From: Candidatus Bathyarchaeota archaeon
GTDB lineage: Archaea; Thermoproteota; Bathyarchaeia; Bathyarchaeales; Bathycorpusculaceae
Reading direction: 5' to 3'
DNA: 64,000 nucleotides
Assembly: GCA_963741295.1 (NCBI GenBank)
Contig: CAVUHI010000001.1
Span: 18,275 to 82,274 of the forward strand
The notes under the pieces are model-generated. The model saw nothing but the letters and a program-made list of their open reading frames with translations. It made no database searches and was not told where the DNA came from. The position numbers were made by a program, and so were the translations under genes. Below, piece after piece: positions 53,373-62,613 of the stretch (position 1 is the stretch's first letter; every line of letters starts with the position of its first letter).

Positions 53373-54131
53373 CTATTTGTTTTGACTATGCTTAAAAGAT
53401 TTTAGAATCTGTTTGATGTTAAAGGATTCCGTTTTTTGCCTCACGTCTTTTTCAATGCTTACTCTTCTTCTAAAGTAAACCAATACTGTTGAAGCAACAG
53501 CTATAATCACAATCACAGAAGCTATAGCTAAGATAGGCACCGAATAAGTTGAAAGGTCTGCAGTTGTAGTTGAAGAAGGCATTATTGAAGGACTTGGTTG
53601 CTGCTGTTCTACTGTGAAATAAACGATATCTGTAACTATGTTTGGGTATTTGTAAACGTGCAGCCCATTGGAAATACCATTTGTATCTATGGCGGTGTTG
53701 TCAAATTTTTCTCCTTTAGCGTAGGTGAAAGATAACAAAGTGATATTCAACGAATGGCTGCCTGTGCTTGTATCATTTAGGGGGAGGATATATCTATCTT
53801 GGTTAAGGTCGTTATATTGATAACGTTTGATGAGATTTCCATCTAAATTCACTTGAATAGAATCAAGCTCACCGATATAGTGAATTTCCGAGGGAGTTAA
53901 TGGATGATAGTGAGCATCCCAGGACTCTGGTATCGTCACGCTAAAGTTGACATCAACGTTATATTTGTAGTTTGAATGGTTTTGCGGTGTCTCGATCGCC
54001 AAAATGGGGCTTTCTTGGTTTGGCTTATATGGCCAAGGAACAGGATTAGCATCTGCCACCTCAACCGCTTGTATAACCATCAATATTGAGACTGCAAACA
54101 CTACAGCAAATACAGCATATCTTCTTTTCAT
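53373..54131 (-). CDS. cassette surface protein type B
   Basis: MKRRYAVFAVVFAVS..VEVADANPVPWP; TM + LVYFRRR. Confidence 0.8.
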   Translation of the reverse strand: MKRRYAVFAVVFAVSILMVIQAVEVADANPVPWPYKPNQESPILAIETPQNHSNYKYNVDVNFSVTIPESWDAHYHPLTPSEIHYIGELDSIQVNLDGNLIKRYQYNDLNQDRYILPLNDTSTGSHSLNITLLSFTYAKGEKFDNTAIDTNGISNGLHVYKYPNIVTDIVYFTVEQQQPSPSIMPSSTTTADLSTYSVPILAIASVIVIIAVASTVLVYFRRRVSIEKDVRQKTESFNIKQILKSFKHSQNK

Positions 54132-54847
54132 AGTTTACCCTTTCTTCTCCTAAAGTAAACCAATGAGATAGAAGCAAAAGCCACTATAACAATCACAACA
54201 GCAAGTATGATGTAGACTATAGGCGGATTCAACTCAACGGGCAATGTGGGACCTGCCTTAATTGTAGGCATACTTTGGCTTGGAGTTGGAGTTGGGTCAA
54301 GAGAGTTTGGAACTGCAGGAGAGGGGGAAGTTGGTTCTTGAGTTATGTCCCGTGTCAGGATTATTTGTGAGGTTGCTGTTCCCAAGGAAATGTATTCCTC
54401 AGTGTACCTTCGATTAAACCAGGCAGAGTTATAATAGCCATAATTGACCTCAACAATGTAAGTGCCACTTGATAAGCTTGGGAGATTTAATAGTTCAGCT
54501 GTTCCTCTGAGAATGTACTGTACATAGGGGTCATATGCATAGTCATCCGATATGGTAGTATTACTAACTATGGAAAGGGCATTTACCTCAAAAGATTTTG
54601 AGTCTAAAACGATAAAGCAGTGGCTATCTGTGAGGTTAGAACCTGTTGCCCAATAATAGTTAGTTTTTATGGTAAAGGAAAGTTGGGTGGAATAAGCTGG
54701 GCTATCAATAGTGACTATTGCATACTTTGGCTTTTGCCCAAACATTCCTACAGGATTAGCATCTACTACCTCAACACATAGTGTGCTAACAGTTGATGCT
54801 AAGATTGTTGCTAAGATGATTGTTGTTGCCAAGATTTTTTTTGGCAT
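54128..54847 (-). CDS. cassette surface protein type A
   Basis: MPKKILATTIILATILAS..VEVVDANP; PT linker; TM + LVYFRRRKGKL. Confidence 0.8.
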   Translation of the reverse strand: MPKKILATTIILATILASTVSTLCVEVVDANPVGMFGQKPKYAIVTIDSPAYSTQLSFTIKTNYYWATGSNLTDSHCFIVLDSKSFEVNALSIVSNTTISDDYAYDPYVQYILRGTAELLNLPSLSSGTYIVEVNYGYYNSAWFNRRYTEEYISLGTATSQIILTRDITQEPTSPSPAVPNSLDPTPTPSQSMPTIKAGPTLPVELNPPIVYIILAVVIVIVAFASISLVYFRRRKGKL

Positions 54848-54894
54848 ATAAATTACCTAATTATTCTATGAGAATAGATTTGCTTAATAGCTTT

Positions 54895-54940
54895 TTTGTC
54901 AAACTTCCTTGTCTGGGATTTGTCAAGGTTTCTTGTCTAA
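54895..54940. repeat. paired palindromic sites 5 and 6
   Basis: TTTGTCAA-ACTTCC-TTGTCTGG and TTTGTCAA-GGTTTC-TTGTCTAA. Confidence 0.85.
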
Positions 54941-55647
54941 TTCAGTTTTAGATTTATGCTTCTTAAAATAAACCAGTGAGATTGATGCAACAGCAACTAT
55001 TGCAATTACAATAGCTATCAAAATTAGATTTGTTTGATTTAGCAAATAATCAGAGCCAGTACCTATTCCGCCTTGGGTTGGGGTTGGTTGCTCTATGGTA
55101 AAGTAAACTATGTCAGAAACAACTATATGGGGTATTGGTAAATTACTTGCTGAACGGAGACACCATTGATGATGTATTCCTCAATAATGCCGGAGGGAAT
55201 GGAGGAGTTGCCGTAAATTGGTTCTCGATAGTAAGTGTATGATTGAACGGTTACGTTCAGTGAATGTTGTCCGGGCGAGGTCTGGTTTAGTTTAACAGAG
55301 TAACTTGAACCGGAAATGTATATTCTGCTGTAATCGGTCAGATTTCCATTTATTAGTTTTCCATCTAGGTATTGATTTACTGAGGCTATTTTACCCAAAT
55401 AATACCATTCAAACATGTGTTGGATTTTATTCCAAGAGGCAGGCGCAGTAACTGTAAAATTAAAGCTAACAGTACTGTCGTTATATGTTGTGTAGTTTTG
55501 TGGGGTTTTAATTGTCAGAGTAGGTTTTTCTTGGTTTGGAGTAGACGGCCAAGGAACAGGATTAGCCTTTGCTGCCTCAATTGTTTGCACCACAATCAAT
55601 ATTGAAACTGCAAACACTACAGCTAATAAAGCATATCTACTATTCAT
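54923..55647 (-). CDS. cassette surface protein type B, frameshift near 55125; stop codon lies inside site 6
   Basis: MNSRYALLAVVFAVS..ANPVPWP; the shifted frame continues SDIVYFTIEQ...LVYFKKHKSKTELDKKP*. Confidence 0.75.
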
Positions 55648-56279
55648 GGCTTCTTTTTCCTTCTTCTAAAGTAAAATAGAACACCTAATCCTATGATAAC
55701 TGCAATAGATATTATGACTAAAGTGTAGCTTTGTTGAATAGCAACAAGTTTTTCTTGGAAAGCTCTGTTAGGGTTTATTGTTGGAGAATTTGAAGGAGAT
55801 ACACTTGGTAATAATGAAGGAACTGGAGTTATGTTTGGTGTGGGATTTGTCGGCATTGCAGAAGCATTTACATAGAATCTAACTGTAGCAGAGCCTACTG
55901 TTATATTGTGCCAACCCTCATCTAAGAAAGACAAAACTATGCTAGCTTCTAGAGTAACCTCAGTATATGGATCGTAATTATTGCTGGTTATCTTTTGCTG
56001 TTTAACAATTTCTAATTGACTGATTTTTTGGGGAGTACCCAAGTCAATTGTGTAGTAGTAAGACCTTGCAATCGTAACTGCGTTCCTTACTAAGGCAATT
56101 TTAAGGGAAACAGGGTTTGTGTAGTGGTTGTTGTTTTGTGGTGATTGAATACTAAATATTTCATAATATGGTTTCATGTTCATTGGGTTGGCAACTACTA
56201 TCTCAACACCTATTGTGCTAACGACTGATGCTAAGATTGTTGATAGGATGATTGTTGTTGCCAAGAGTTTCTTTGGCAT
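55644..56279 (-). CDS. cassette surface protein type A
   Basis: MPKKLLATTIILSTILAS..VEIVVANP; EGWHNITV; TM + FYFRRRKKKP. Confidence 0.8.
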   Translation of the reverse strand: MPKKLLATTIILSTILASVVSTIGVEIVVANPMNMKPYYEIFSIQSPQNNNHYTNPVSLKIALVRNAVTIARSYYYTIDLGTPQKISQLEIVKQQKITSNNYDPYTEVTLEASIVLSFLDEGWHNITVGSATVRFYVNASAMPTNPTPNITPVPSLLPSVSPSNSPTINPNRAFQEKLVAIQQSYTLVIISIAVIIGLGVLFYFRRRKKKP

Positions 56280-56621
56280 CTAATGACCTATTATGATATG
56301 AGAATAAGTTTGCTTAAGAGGTTTTTGCAGGTGCTATGTTACCGCTTGCTGAATTTTTGTTTTCTCATACTTTAGGATTTGGTACTGAGGAAATGGTTGG
56401 GGTTAGGCATCCAGATTTCGAAAAGATTCACGCTGCATTCTTACAACACTACAGCAGGAACCTTCAACTCGGCGAAGAGTCAAAGTTTTGTTTTCTTGCT
56501 TGCTCATACTCAACTGATTTGTGATTCGCTCAGTTTGCAAAATATTCATAGAATCAAAATGTCTTAAAACAAAACCAATATTTGCGTGGCAATTCCCGTC
56601 AGACCCGCCAAAATTCACCCT

Positions 56622-57353
56622 TCATTTCCACTTCGTCAGTATCTCTTCTCGTTTGAAAGTAGATTTGCTCAAGAAGAATAGAACTATGTCAGCGACCAAA
56701 ACAATACCCGAGAAGATCAGAAGGTTGGCGATACTGAAAGGAAAAATTCCTTCTGCTCCTGCAAATAAGACAACAACGAATGGAATAAACATGAGGCCCG
56801 CGATCTGGTTTGCACCTCGAACGTCGTTTACCCGTGATGATGCAATCACCGCTACTTCAATGCTTAGAATTGCTGCAAGAGGAGCGAGAAGCAGCAGCAT
56901 AACTGCTGCGTTCCAGTTGGGAAAATAATAGTAGCCTAATCCCCCATTGTATAATATGTAGTCGGTTGCGGCCATGAAGATTGATGCGCCTATCCAAGTC
57001 GATAGAATGGGAGGTATGAATGATGCGATGCTTTTTCCGAGAAGGATATCGCCGTCAGTTGTCGGGGTTGCAAGCAACGGTTCTAATGTCTTTTCAACTT
57101 TTTCGCCTACTATACTGTACGCTGCAATTGTGCTGGGAAGAACAGTTGCTAAAACGACGAAGATGTAAATGATGGATTCGGCACCTACCGATATTGTCGT
57201 GGGGATTCCAGAGGCTATTTGATCTTTGATGACGATTGAGAAAGCAATTGCGATGAGAAGGGGGAGCCCAACAGTATAGAAGATGATGCTTTTCTTTCTG
57301 CTGATCACTTTTAATTCTTTGCGAGCTATCTTCCAGGGCATCCAGGTGGTCAT
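56622..57353 (-). CDS. ABC-2 type exporter permease
   Basis: SIVGEKVEKTLEPLLATP..ILLGK; 6 TM. Confidence 0.9.
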   Translation of the reverse strand: MTTWMPWKIARKELKVISRKKSIIFYTVGLPLLIAIAFSIVIKDQIASGIPTTISVGAESIIYIFVVLATVLPSTIAAYSIVGEKVEKTLEPLLATPTTDGDILLGKSIASFIPPILSTWIGASIFMAATDYILYNGGLGYYYFPNWNAAVMLLLLAPLAAILSIEVAVIASSRVNDVRGANQIAGLMFIPFVVVLFAGAEGIFPFSIANLLIFSGIVLVADIVLFFLSKSTFKREEILTKWK

Positions 57354-58273
57354 TGAATATTCTCCTTCACTAGTTTTAGGTAAGCGTCTTCTAGCGAGCT
57401 GCTTGTCACTGTAACGGTTTCGATGCGTCCTCCCGCTGCGATGATTGCGTTTATAATTTCAGGATTTTCTTCTTGTGGATTCACGATATCGATTGTAAGC
57501 TGGTTGCCCTCTTTGACTATATTCTTTAGCTGGAGTTTCTTCAGCGAATCGAGAATCGTTTCATTCACTTGTCTTAACTGAATCACTGTTTTTCTTCCGT
57601 GGACAGACCGTTCGAGTTCTTGAGGAGTCCCCACTGCCATGAGCTTGGTATTCAAGATACCAATCCTATCGCAGACCCGTTGCGCCTCATAGAGGTTGTG
57701 AGTGTTTAGAAAAATAGTCTTCTTCTCTTTCTTCAATTCAAGGATGAATTCTCTCACCGTTTTCGCGGACTCTGGGTCTAGATTCGCAGTCGGCTCGTCC
57801 ATGAAAATTATCTCAGGATCATGAATCAAGGCACGTGCTATCGCAAGCTTCTGTTTCATCCCCTTTGAGAACGCCCCGGCTAGAACATTTCTCTTCTCCC
57901 AGAGCCCAAGCAACTTGAGGAAGTATTCGTTGCTTTCTTTCTTTTGGGAGTCGGTCAGCCTGTACAGTGTTCCGTAGTAGTCTAGGTTCTCGTAGGCGGT
58001 GAGGGATTCGTACAGCCCAACATTGTCTGGGACGAGCCCAATGATCTTTCGGATCTTCAGAGCATCTTCGGGCCGGCCGATTTCATAATCACCAATTCGG
58101 GCGGTGCCGCTTGTCTTAGATATCAGGCAACAGAGCATTCTAACAGTGGTGGTCTTTCCCGCTCCGTTAGGTCCAAGAAAACCAAAAATTTCGCCCTGAT
58201 TTACCCTGAAAGTCAAGTTGTCAACCGCAGTCAGCTCCCCGAACTTCCTTGTAAGGTTCTCAGTCTCAATCAT
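57350..58273 (-). CDS. ABC exporter ATP-binding subunit
   Basis: GPNGAGKTT, FSKGMKQK and DEPT. Confidence 0.93.
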   Translation of the reverse strand: MIETENLTRKFGELTAVDNLTFRVNQGEIFGFLGPNGAGKTTTVRMLCCLISKTSGTARIGDYEIGRPEDALKIRKIIGLVPDNVGLYESLTAYENLDYYGTLYRLTDSQKKESNEYFLKLLGLWEKRNVLAGAFSKGMKQKLAIARALIHDPEIIFMDEPTANLDPESAKTVREFILELKKEKKTIFLNTHNLYEAQRVCDRIGILNTKLMAVGTPQELERSVHGRKTVIQLRQVNETILDSLKKLQLKNIVKEGNQLTIDIVNPQEENPEIINAIIAAGGRIETVTVTSSSLEDAYLKLVKENIQ

Positions 58274-58403
58274 GACAAGCCGCTACCAATCAGCTTCGTT
58301 CCCATAAATAAGCACAGGGGAACCTATATAGTCAGCCACATCAACGCCAACTAATGCTGCATATCAGTAACATACCCCTGCATTTGGTCAATTTTGCTAA
58401 ATA

Positions 58404-58580
58404 ATGGAAGAACACCTATGTGAAGTCTACCTATTTGACTCTTCCCTCAATTCTTCCTCTCGCATTCTCAATCATTCCTTCATAGTTGACGACAAAGGCA
58501 AACACCTATCCGCCCACACCAAAGAGGCAATATGGCAACGCATTCAACCCTTCATCAATCAACAACACGTCCACAATTAA
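58404..58580 (+). CDS. possible 58-aa hypothetical protein abutting the IS end
   Basis: Open frame MEEHLCEVY...HVHN*; no recognisable motif. Confidence 0.3.
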   Translation: MEEHLCEVYLFDSSLNSSSRILNHSFIVDDKGKHLSAHTKEAIWQRIQPFINQQHVHN

Positions 58581-59640
58581 GGGACAGTTCTTCACGGTGA
58601 AATACTTCTAAGGTTGATCATAAAACAGGCTGCTTATTCTTAAGCACCGAAAAACAAACCACCAACAACTTTCTAAGCAGCCGCAACTCTAGGAGTTTTC
58701 TTACCTCTCCTACCTGCTAAGCAACGGTACGACCGGCTAATCCAAGTATCATATTTGCTAACATGTGTAGAAGCACATTCCATCATGATTCAACGCAGCC
58801 ATCTACTGCCCTCTTTAGTTATGTTTCCATGACGAACCATGCCTCCTGATTGATAAGTGGAAGGCACCAACCCAGCATAGCTACAAAGCTTCTCAGCAAA
58901 CGGAAAACGACCGATATCGCCAATTTCACTCTTAACAAGAAGTGCAGAGTAATAGCCAATCCCCGGAACAGTCATCAACAGCCCAACATCTTCATCACCT
59001 TTGGCTTCCCTCTTAAGCTCATTAGATAACAGTCTGATTTCTTCACTTAAACCGTCGATAAGTCTGATATAAGATTCAACCGGAGTCAAATTGAGACCAT
59101 GAAGCCAAATCAACCCAGCCTTAGTCCACAATCCATGATCATCAGGCCACTTCAACCCTTGATAGGTTAGATAGCTCTTGATTTTCACTCGCAGTTTGAC
59201 TCTTTCTCTAACTAGGAAAGCTCTTCTGCGAACCTTCTCTCTCAAAGCACTTGTATCTTCATCTGGGACATAAGATAGGGGCAACCAATCCATCCTAAGC
59301 AACTGCGCAATAGCTTTAGAATCTACTTTATCGCTTTTAATTTTAGCCTCAGCAATTAACTTAGTCTTCCTAGGATGGGAAACTACCGCATCAAAACCTT
59401 CTTTCTTCAATTGTCGATAAAGAGGTGCAACTGCAGTGGAGGATTCCATGGCGACTTTTCCAACCTTGAACCGCGACAGGTAAGAAGCTACTTTCTCATT
59501 CTCCATTCTTGTTTGATCCACTATTTTTCCTTCAGAGTTCAAAATAGTCGCATAAGTGCTATCCTTATGCACATCCAACCCACAAACCAAGGCGCTCATA
59601 GTATGGCGTGAGCGCCCACGGCGTATAACACTTCCCATAC
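58581..59640 (-). mobile_element. IS110-family element; DEDD/Tnp20 recombinase frameshifted in its last ~60 codons
   Basis: GLDVHK, AMES, KSDKVDS, VPGIG, YAGLVPS..QSG and TKEGSRWLR; no terminal inverted repeats evident; ends approximate. Confidence 0.88.
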
Positions 59641-59690
59641 CATCAACAACAATTGAAAATGCAGTGTTGTTGTTCTTCTCTTAAGTTGCA

Positions 59691-59952
59691 GAGTTAAGTT
59701 GAAAGAAGAAAAAATCATTGAAAAATTGTCAATTTTTTCTTTTTCTAACCGATAGCAGTCATGCAACAAAACAGAGGCAACAGATACTCTGAAAGAAGAA
59801 GAAAAGACGGTGGCGCCACTTTCTTCTTCTTCTCTCAGTTAGAAAGGTGCAGAGTAAATAGTCTTCGAAAGAAGAAGAAGGACAACACTTTCCCCATAGG
59901 AAAGAACTGTTTTTTTTCTTTACAAAAAAGAAAGAGCGATCGCAGCTTTTCT
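59691..59952. repeat. non-coding triple-hairpin element, copy 2
   Basis: Homologous to 1786-2047 with the distal module inverted. Confidence 0.8.
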
Positions 59953-60901
59953 ACAGTCTACGGGGTTTCTGGAATGGTTGACTTTTTGGTTGGTCAGGGT
60001 TTGGTTTGGTTTCTGCTGTTAGGAGCTGTTTTAGGCGCAAGGCTAGTACGTCGCGGTCGTTGGGTTGCTGATGTGTCCATTGTTCACGGTATTCTCGGAA
60101 TTGCTGCCCTGTGATTTTGCCCTTTGTTTGCAGATCGCTAAGTAGCTTTACGAACGCTCTTAGTTCCAATTGTTCGTTGGTTACTACGTTTATGGTTTTT
60201 CCTTCTCCTGACGGGTTGGTTGTGGGTTTTTCGCTATCTGGAGGCGGATAAGTATTGTATAGGAAAACCGCAAAATACAAGGCATCCCAAGCTCGAGTTA
60301 ACGTTAAACTGTTTTTTGCTTTTAACAACTCATTGGTATAGTATTCATATTCTTGTCCAATTGAAAAAAATTTCGTTTGTCCGCTGGGGACATCAGCTAT
60401 TCGGTTAACAAAATGCCTCAGGTGTTGATTATTAAAAATCGGCAATACCGTTCCACTTTCATAATTGAAACAGAATATGATTTCTTTACCAAGCTGTTTG
60501 TCTTGCCCTAATCCACCTATCCTTTCCCAGAGAGCATCAACTTTTTGGGCTAAAGACTTTCGAGTGTCCACCGCAGCACGCAACAGGTTTTTGAACTCCC
60601 CGATCTGTAGTCGGGCGTTTCGGTAAACGTTGGAGCTGTTAAACGTGGAGCGACCAAGAGGCTTAAGGGAACCTTCTAAAAGACAGAAGAATTCGCCGAC
60701 TTCATCAGGATTTATCTTGAAGAGTTTTTCTGGATCCAAATATTCTATTGAGCGAAGATTTTCGGTGAAAGGATATTTTTGCCTAAATTCTTTAAGTAAT
60801 GCAAGCGCTCTATCGACTTCTGTACGGGTTACCTTGACTCTGTCGTATGCAGTTGCTTTTTCGAGCATTGAGTTACTTTGGGACATTTTTAACCATAGCA
60901 A
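59951..60901 (-). CDS. hypothetical protein
   Basis: 316-aa ORF with an HhH-like IGGLG segment. Confidence 0.7.
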   Translation of the reverse strand: MLWLKMSQSNSMLEKATAYDRVKVTRTEVDRALALLKEFRQKYPFTENLRSIEYLDPEKLFKINPDEVGEFFCLLEGSLKPLGRSTFNSSNVYRNARLQIGEFKNLLRAAVDTRKSLAQKVDALWERIGGLGQDKQLGKEIIFCFNYESGTVLPIFNNQHLRHFVNRIADVPSGQTKFFSIGQEYEYYTNELLKAKNSLTLTRAWDALYFAVFLYNTYPPPDSEKPTTNPSGEGKTINVVTNEQLELRAFVKLLSDLQTKGKITGQQFREYREQWTHQQPNDRDVLALRLKQLLTAETKPNPDQPKSQPFQKPRRL

Positions 60902-61069
60902 TATGATTAATTGAACTAATAAGAATTACAATAATATCGTCTAGAATCTCTTCACTTTGTTTTCATCTTGCAAATAGATACAGCATTTTATGGGATATAG
61001 CCAATGCTTGAAGGCCAATTTCTGATAAATATTATAAATATCTATAAGAAATCATAGAGGGGTACTTCC

Positions 61070-62563
61070 TTGACAGTCAAGTCGTTAATCATAATCGGTG
61101 CAGGTCTAGCTGGTCTAGCTACGGGCTGCTACGGACAGATGAACGGTTACAAAACTAAAATTTTTGAGATGCAAGACAAACCCGGCGGTGTATGCGTCTC
61201 ATGGAAACGCAAAAGCTACGCATTCGATTATGCAGTGCACAACGTTTTTGGTGTGACGCCGAACTCCGTTAACAATCATATGTGGCAGGAACTGGGCGCT
61301 CTTAAAGGCTTAGGAGTGCATAGTTTCCAAGAATTTGTTCAAGTGGAAGACCCGAGTGGCAAAGTCTTAACTGTTCACACAGACCTTGACAAACTTCGAG
61401 AGCACCTAAAATCTCTCTCGCCAGCTGACGAGAAACTCGTAAAAGAATTCATTAAAGCAGCTAAACGGTTTAGTGGGTATGACTTGTTTGCCGCCATGTC
61501 TGGTGGCATGGGAACCAAGTTAAAGATGCTTCCTCTGATGGGCACGTTGATAAAGTACAGCAAAATAACTCTCAAAGACTACGCCGAAAAATTCTCCGAT
61601 CCATTTCTGCGCAAAGCATTCTCCACCATTCAATACGACCTCCCAGAAGCACCTGTGGTAATTGCCCTGATCTTCTTAGCAACACTAAACAACAGGGACG
61701 GAGGATGGCCAATAGGAGGCTCTATGGCGCTCTCAAGAAACATTGAACAACGCTATATAGAACTTGGAGGAGAAGTAGCTTACAACTCAAAAGTCAAAAA
61801 GATAATCGTAAAAGACAACGCCGCCTTCGGTGTTATGCTTGAAGACGGCAGTGAACATTTCGGAGACATAATAGTTTCTGCAGCGGACGGCTACTCCACG
61901 ATTTATAGCATGCTGAATGGAAAATACCAAAATCAAACAATTAGTGCCTACTACAAGGCTTATCCGAAGACGCAGCCTTTCGGGCTTGAAGTCTGGTATG
62001 GAGTTGCCAAGGAATTTTTAAACGAACCACATGCTATAGTGCTCTTCCTTGACAAACCCATAACCATAGAAGATGCGGTAAGAGACAGGCTTAACATAGA
62101 AGTTTTCAACTTTGACCCTTCATTGGCGCCAGAAGGCAAAACAGTCGTTAAGGTAGTGATGGATTCCAACTATGACTATTGGAAGTCCTTATCCGTTGAT
62201 GGGGAGAGATACCGAGCTGAAAAACAAAAAGTAACAGAATTAATAGCAGAACAACTTGAAAAACGGTTTCCAGGATTCCAAAGCCTAATGGAAGCTACAG
62301 ACGTAGTTACACCAATTTCTGCTGAGCATTGGACGGGAACGTTCCGCGGATGCCAAGCATATGGCGCCCCAAAAGAATACGCTAAAGAAGTTGCTAAAAA
62401 AGGCGTCAGCAAAACTCTACCAGGGCTACAAAATTTCTACATGGTGGGGCAATGGGCAGGTGGCACAATCGGGTTAAACACCGTTTGCTTGATGGGACGC
62501 AACCTCATTCGAGACATATGCAAAGAAGACAACAAAAAATTTCATACAACAACCCAAACCTAA
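61070..62563 (+). CDS. NAD(P)/FAD-dependent oxidoreductase, phytoene-desaturase-like
   Basis: IIGAGLAGL, KPGG, P.GGS and NFYMVGQW..G.GL. Confidence 0.88.
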   Translation: MTVKSLIIIGAGLAGLATGCYGQMNGYKTKIFEMQDKPGGVCVSWKRKSYAFDYAVHNVFGVTPNSVNNHMWQELGALKGLGVHSFQEFVQVEDPSGKVLTVHTDLDKLREHLKSLSPADEKLVKEFIKAAKRFSGYDLFAAMSGGMGTKLKMLPLMGTLIKYSKITLKDYAEKFSDPFLRKAFSTIQYDLPEAPVVIALIFLATLNNRDGGWPIGGSMALSRNIEQRYIELGGEVAYNSKVKKIIVKDNAAFGVMLEDGSEHFGDIIVSAADGYSTIYSMLNGKYQNQTISAYYKAYPKTQPFGLEVWYGVAKEFLNEPHAIVLFLDKPITIEDAVRDRLNIEVFNFDPSLAPEGKTVVKVVMDSNYDYWKSLSVDGERYRAEKQKVTELIAEQLEKRFPGFQSLMEATDVVTPISAEHWTGTFRGCQAYGAPKEYAKEVAKKGVSKTLPGLQNFYMVGQWAGGTIGLNTVCLMGRNLIRDICKEDNKKFHTTTQT

Positions 62564-62613
62564 ATCCAAAAAAAGCATATTAATCTTGGCGATTGTTGAT
62601 TTCCGATTAAAGC

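Larger units (their letters stand above)
48609..56610. mobile_element. tRNA-Lys-integrated genomic island (attL 48609-48629, attR 56590-56610), no intact integrase seen
   Basis: CAATTCCCGTC(G/A)GACCCGCCA direct repeat, 20/21 identical, enclosing a TA module and a cassette array. Confidence 0.88.

Noticed and set aside
50697..54940. CRISPR array
   Set aside because: The repeats are 22-bp palindromes separated by kilobases of genes, not by regular spacers. No cas genes are present.
51313..56279. Diversity-generating retroelement
   Set aside because: No reverse transcriptase, and no template/variable repeat pair with adenine-specific differences.
59761..60114. ORFs 59761..60114 and 1789..1971
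   Set aside because: Lys/Arg/Phe-biased translations of the hairpin element and of an antisense strand; no coding signal.
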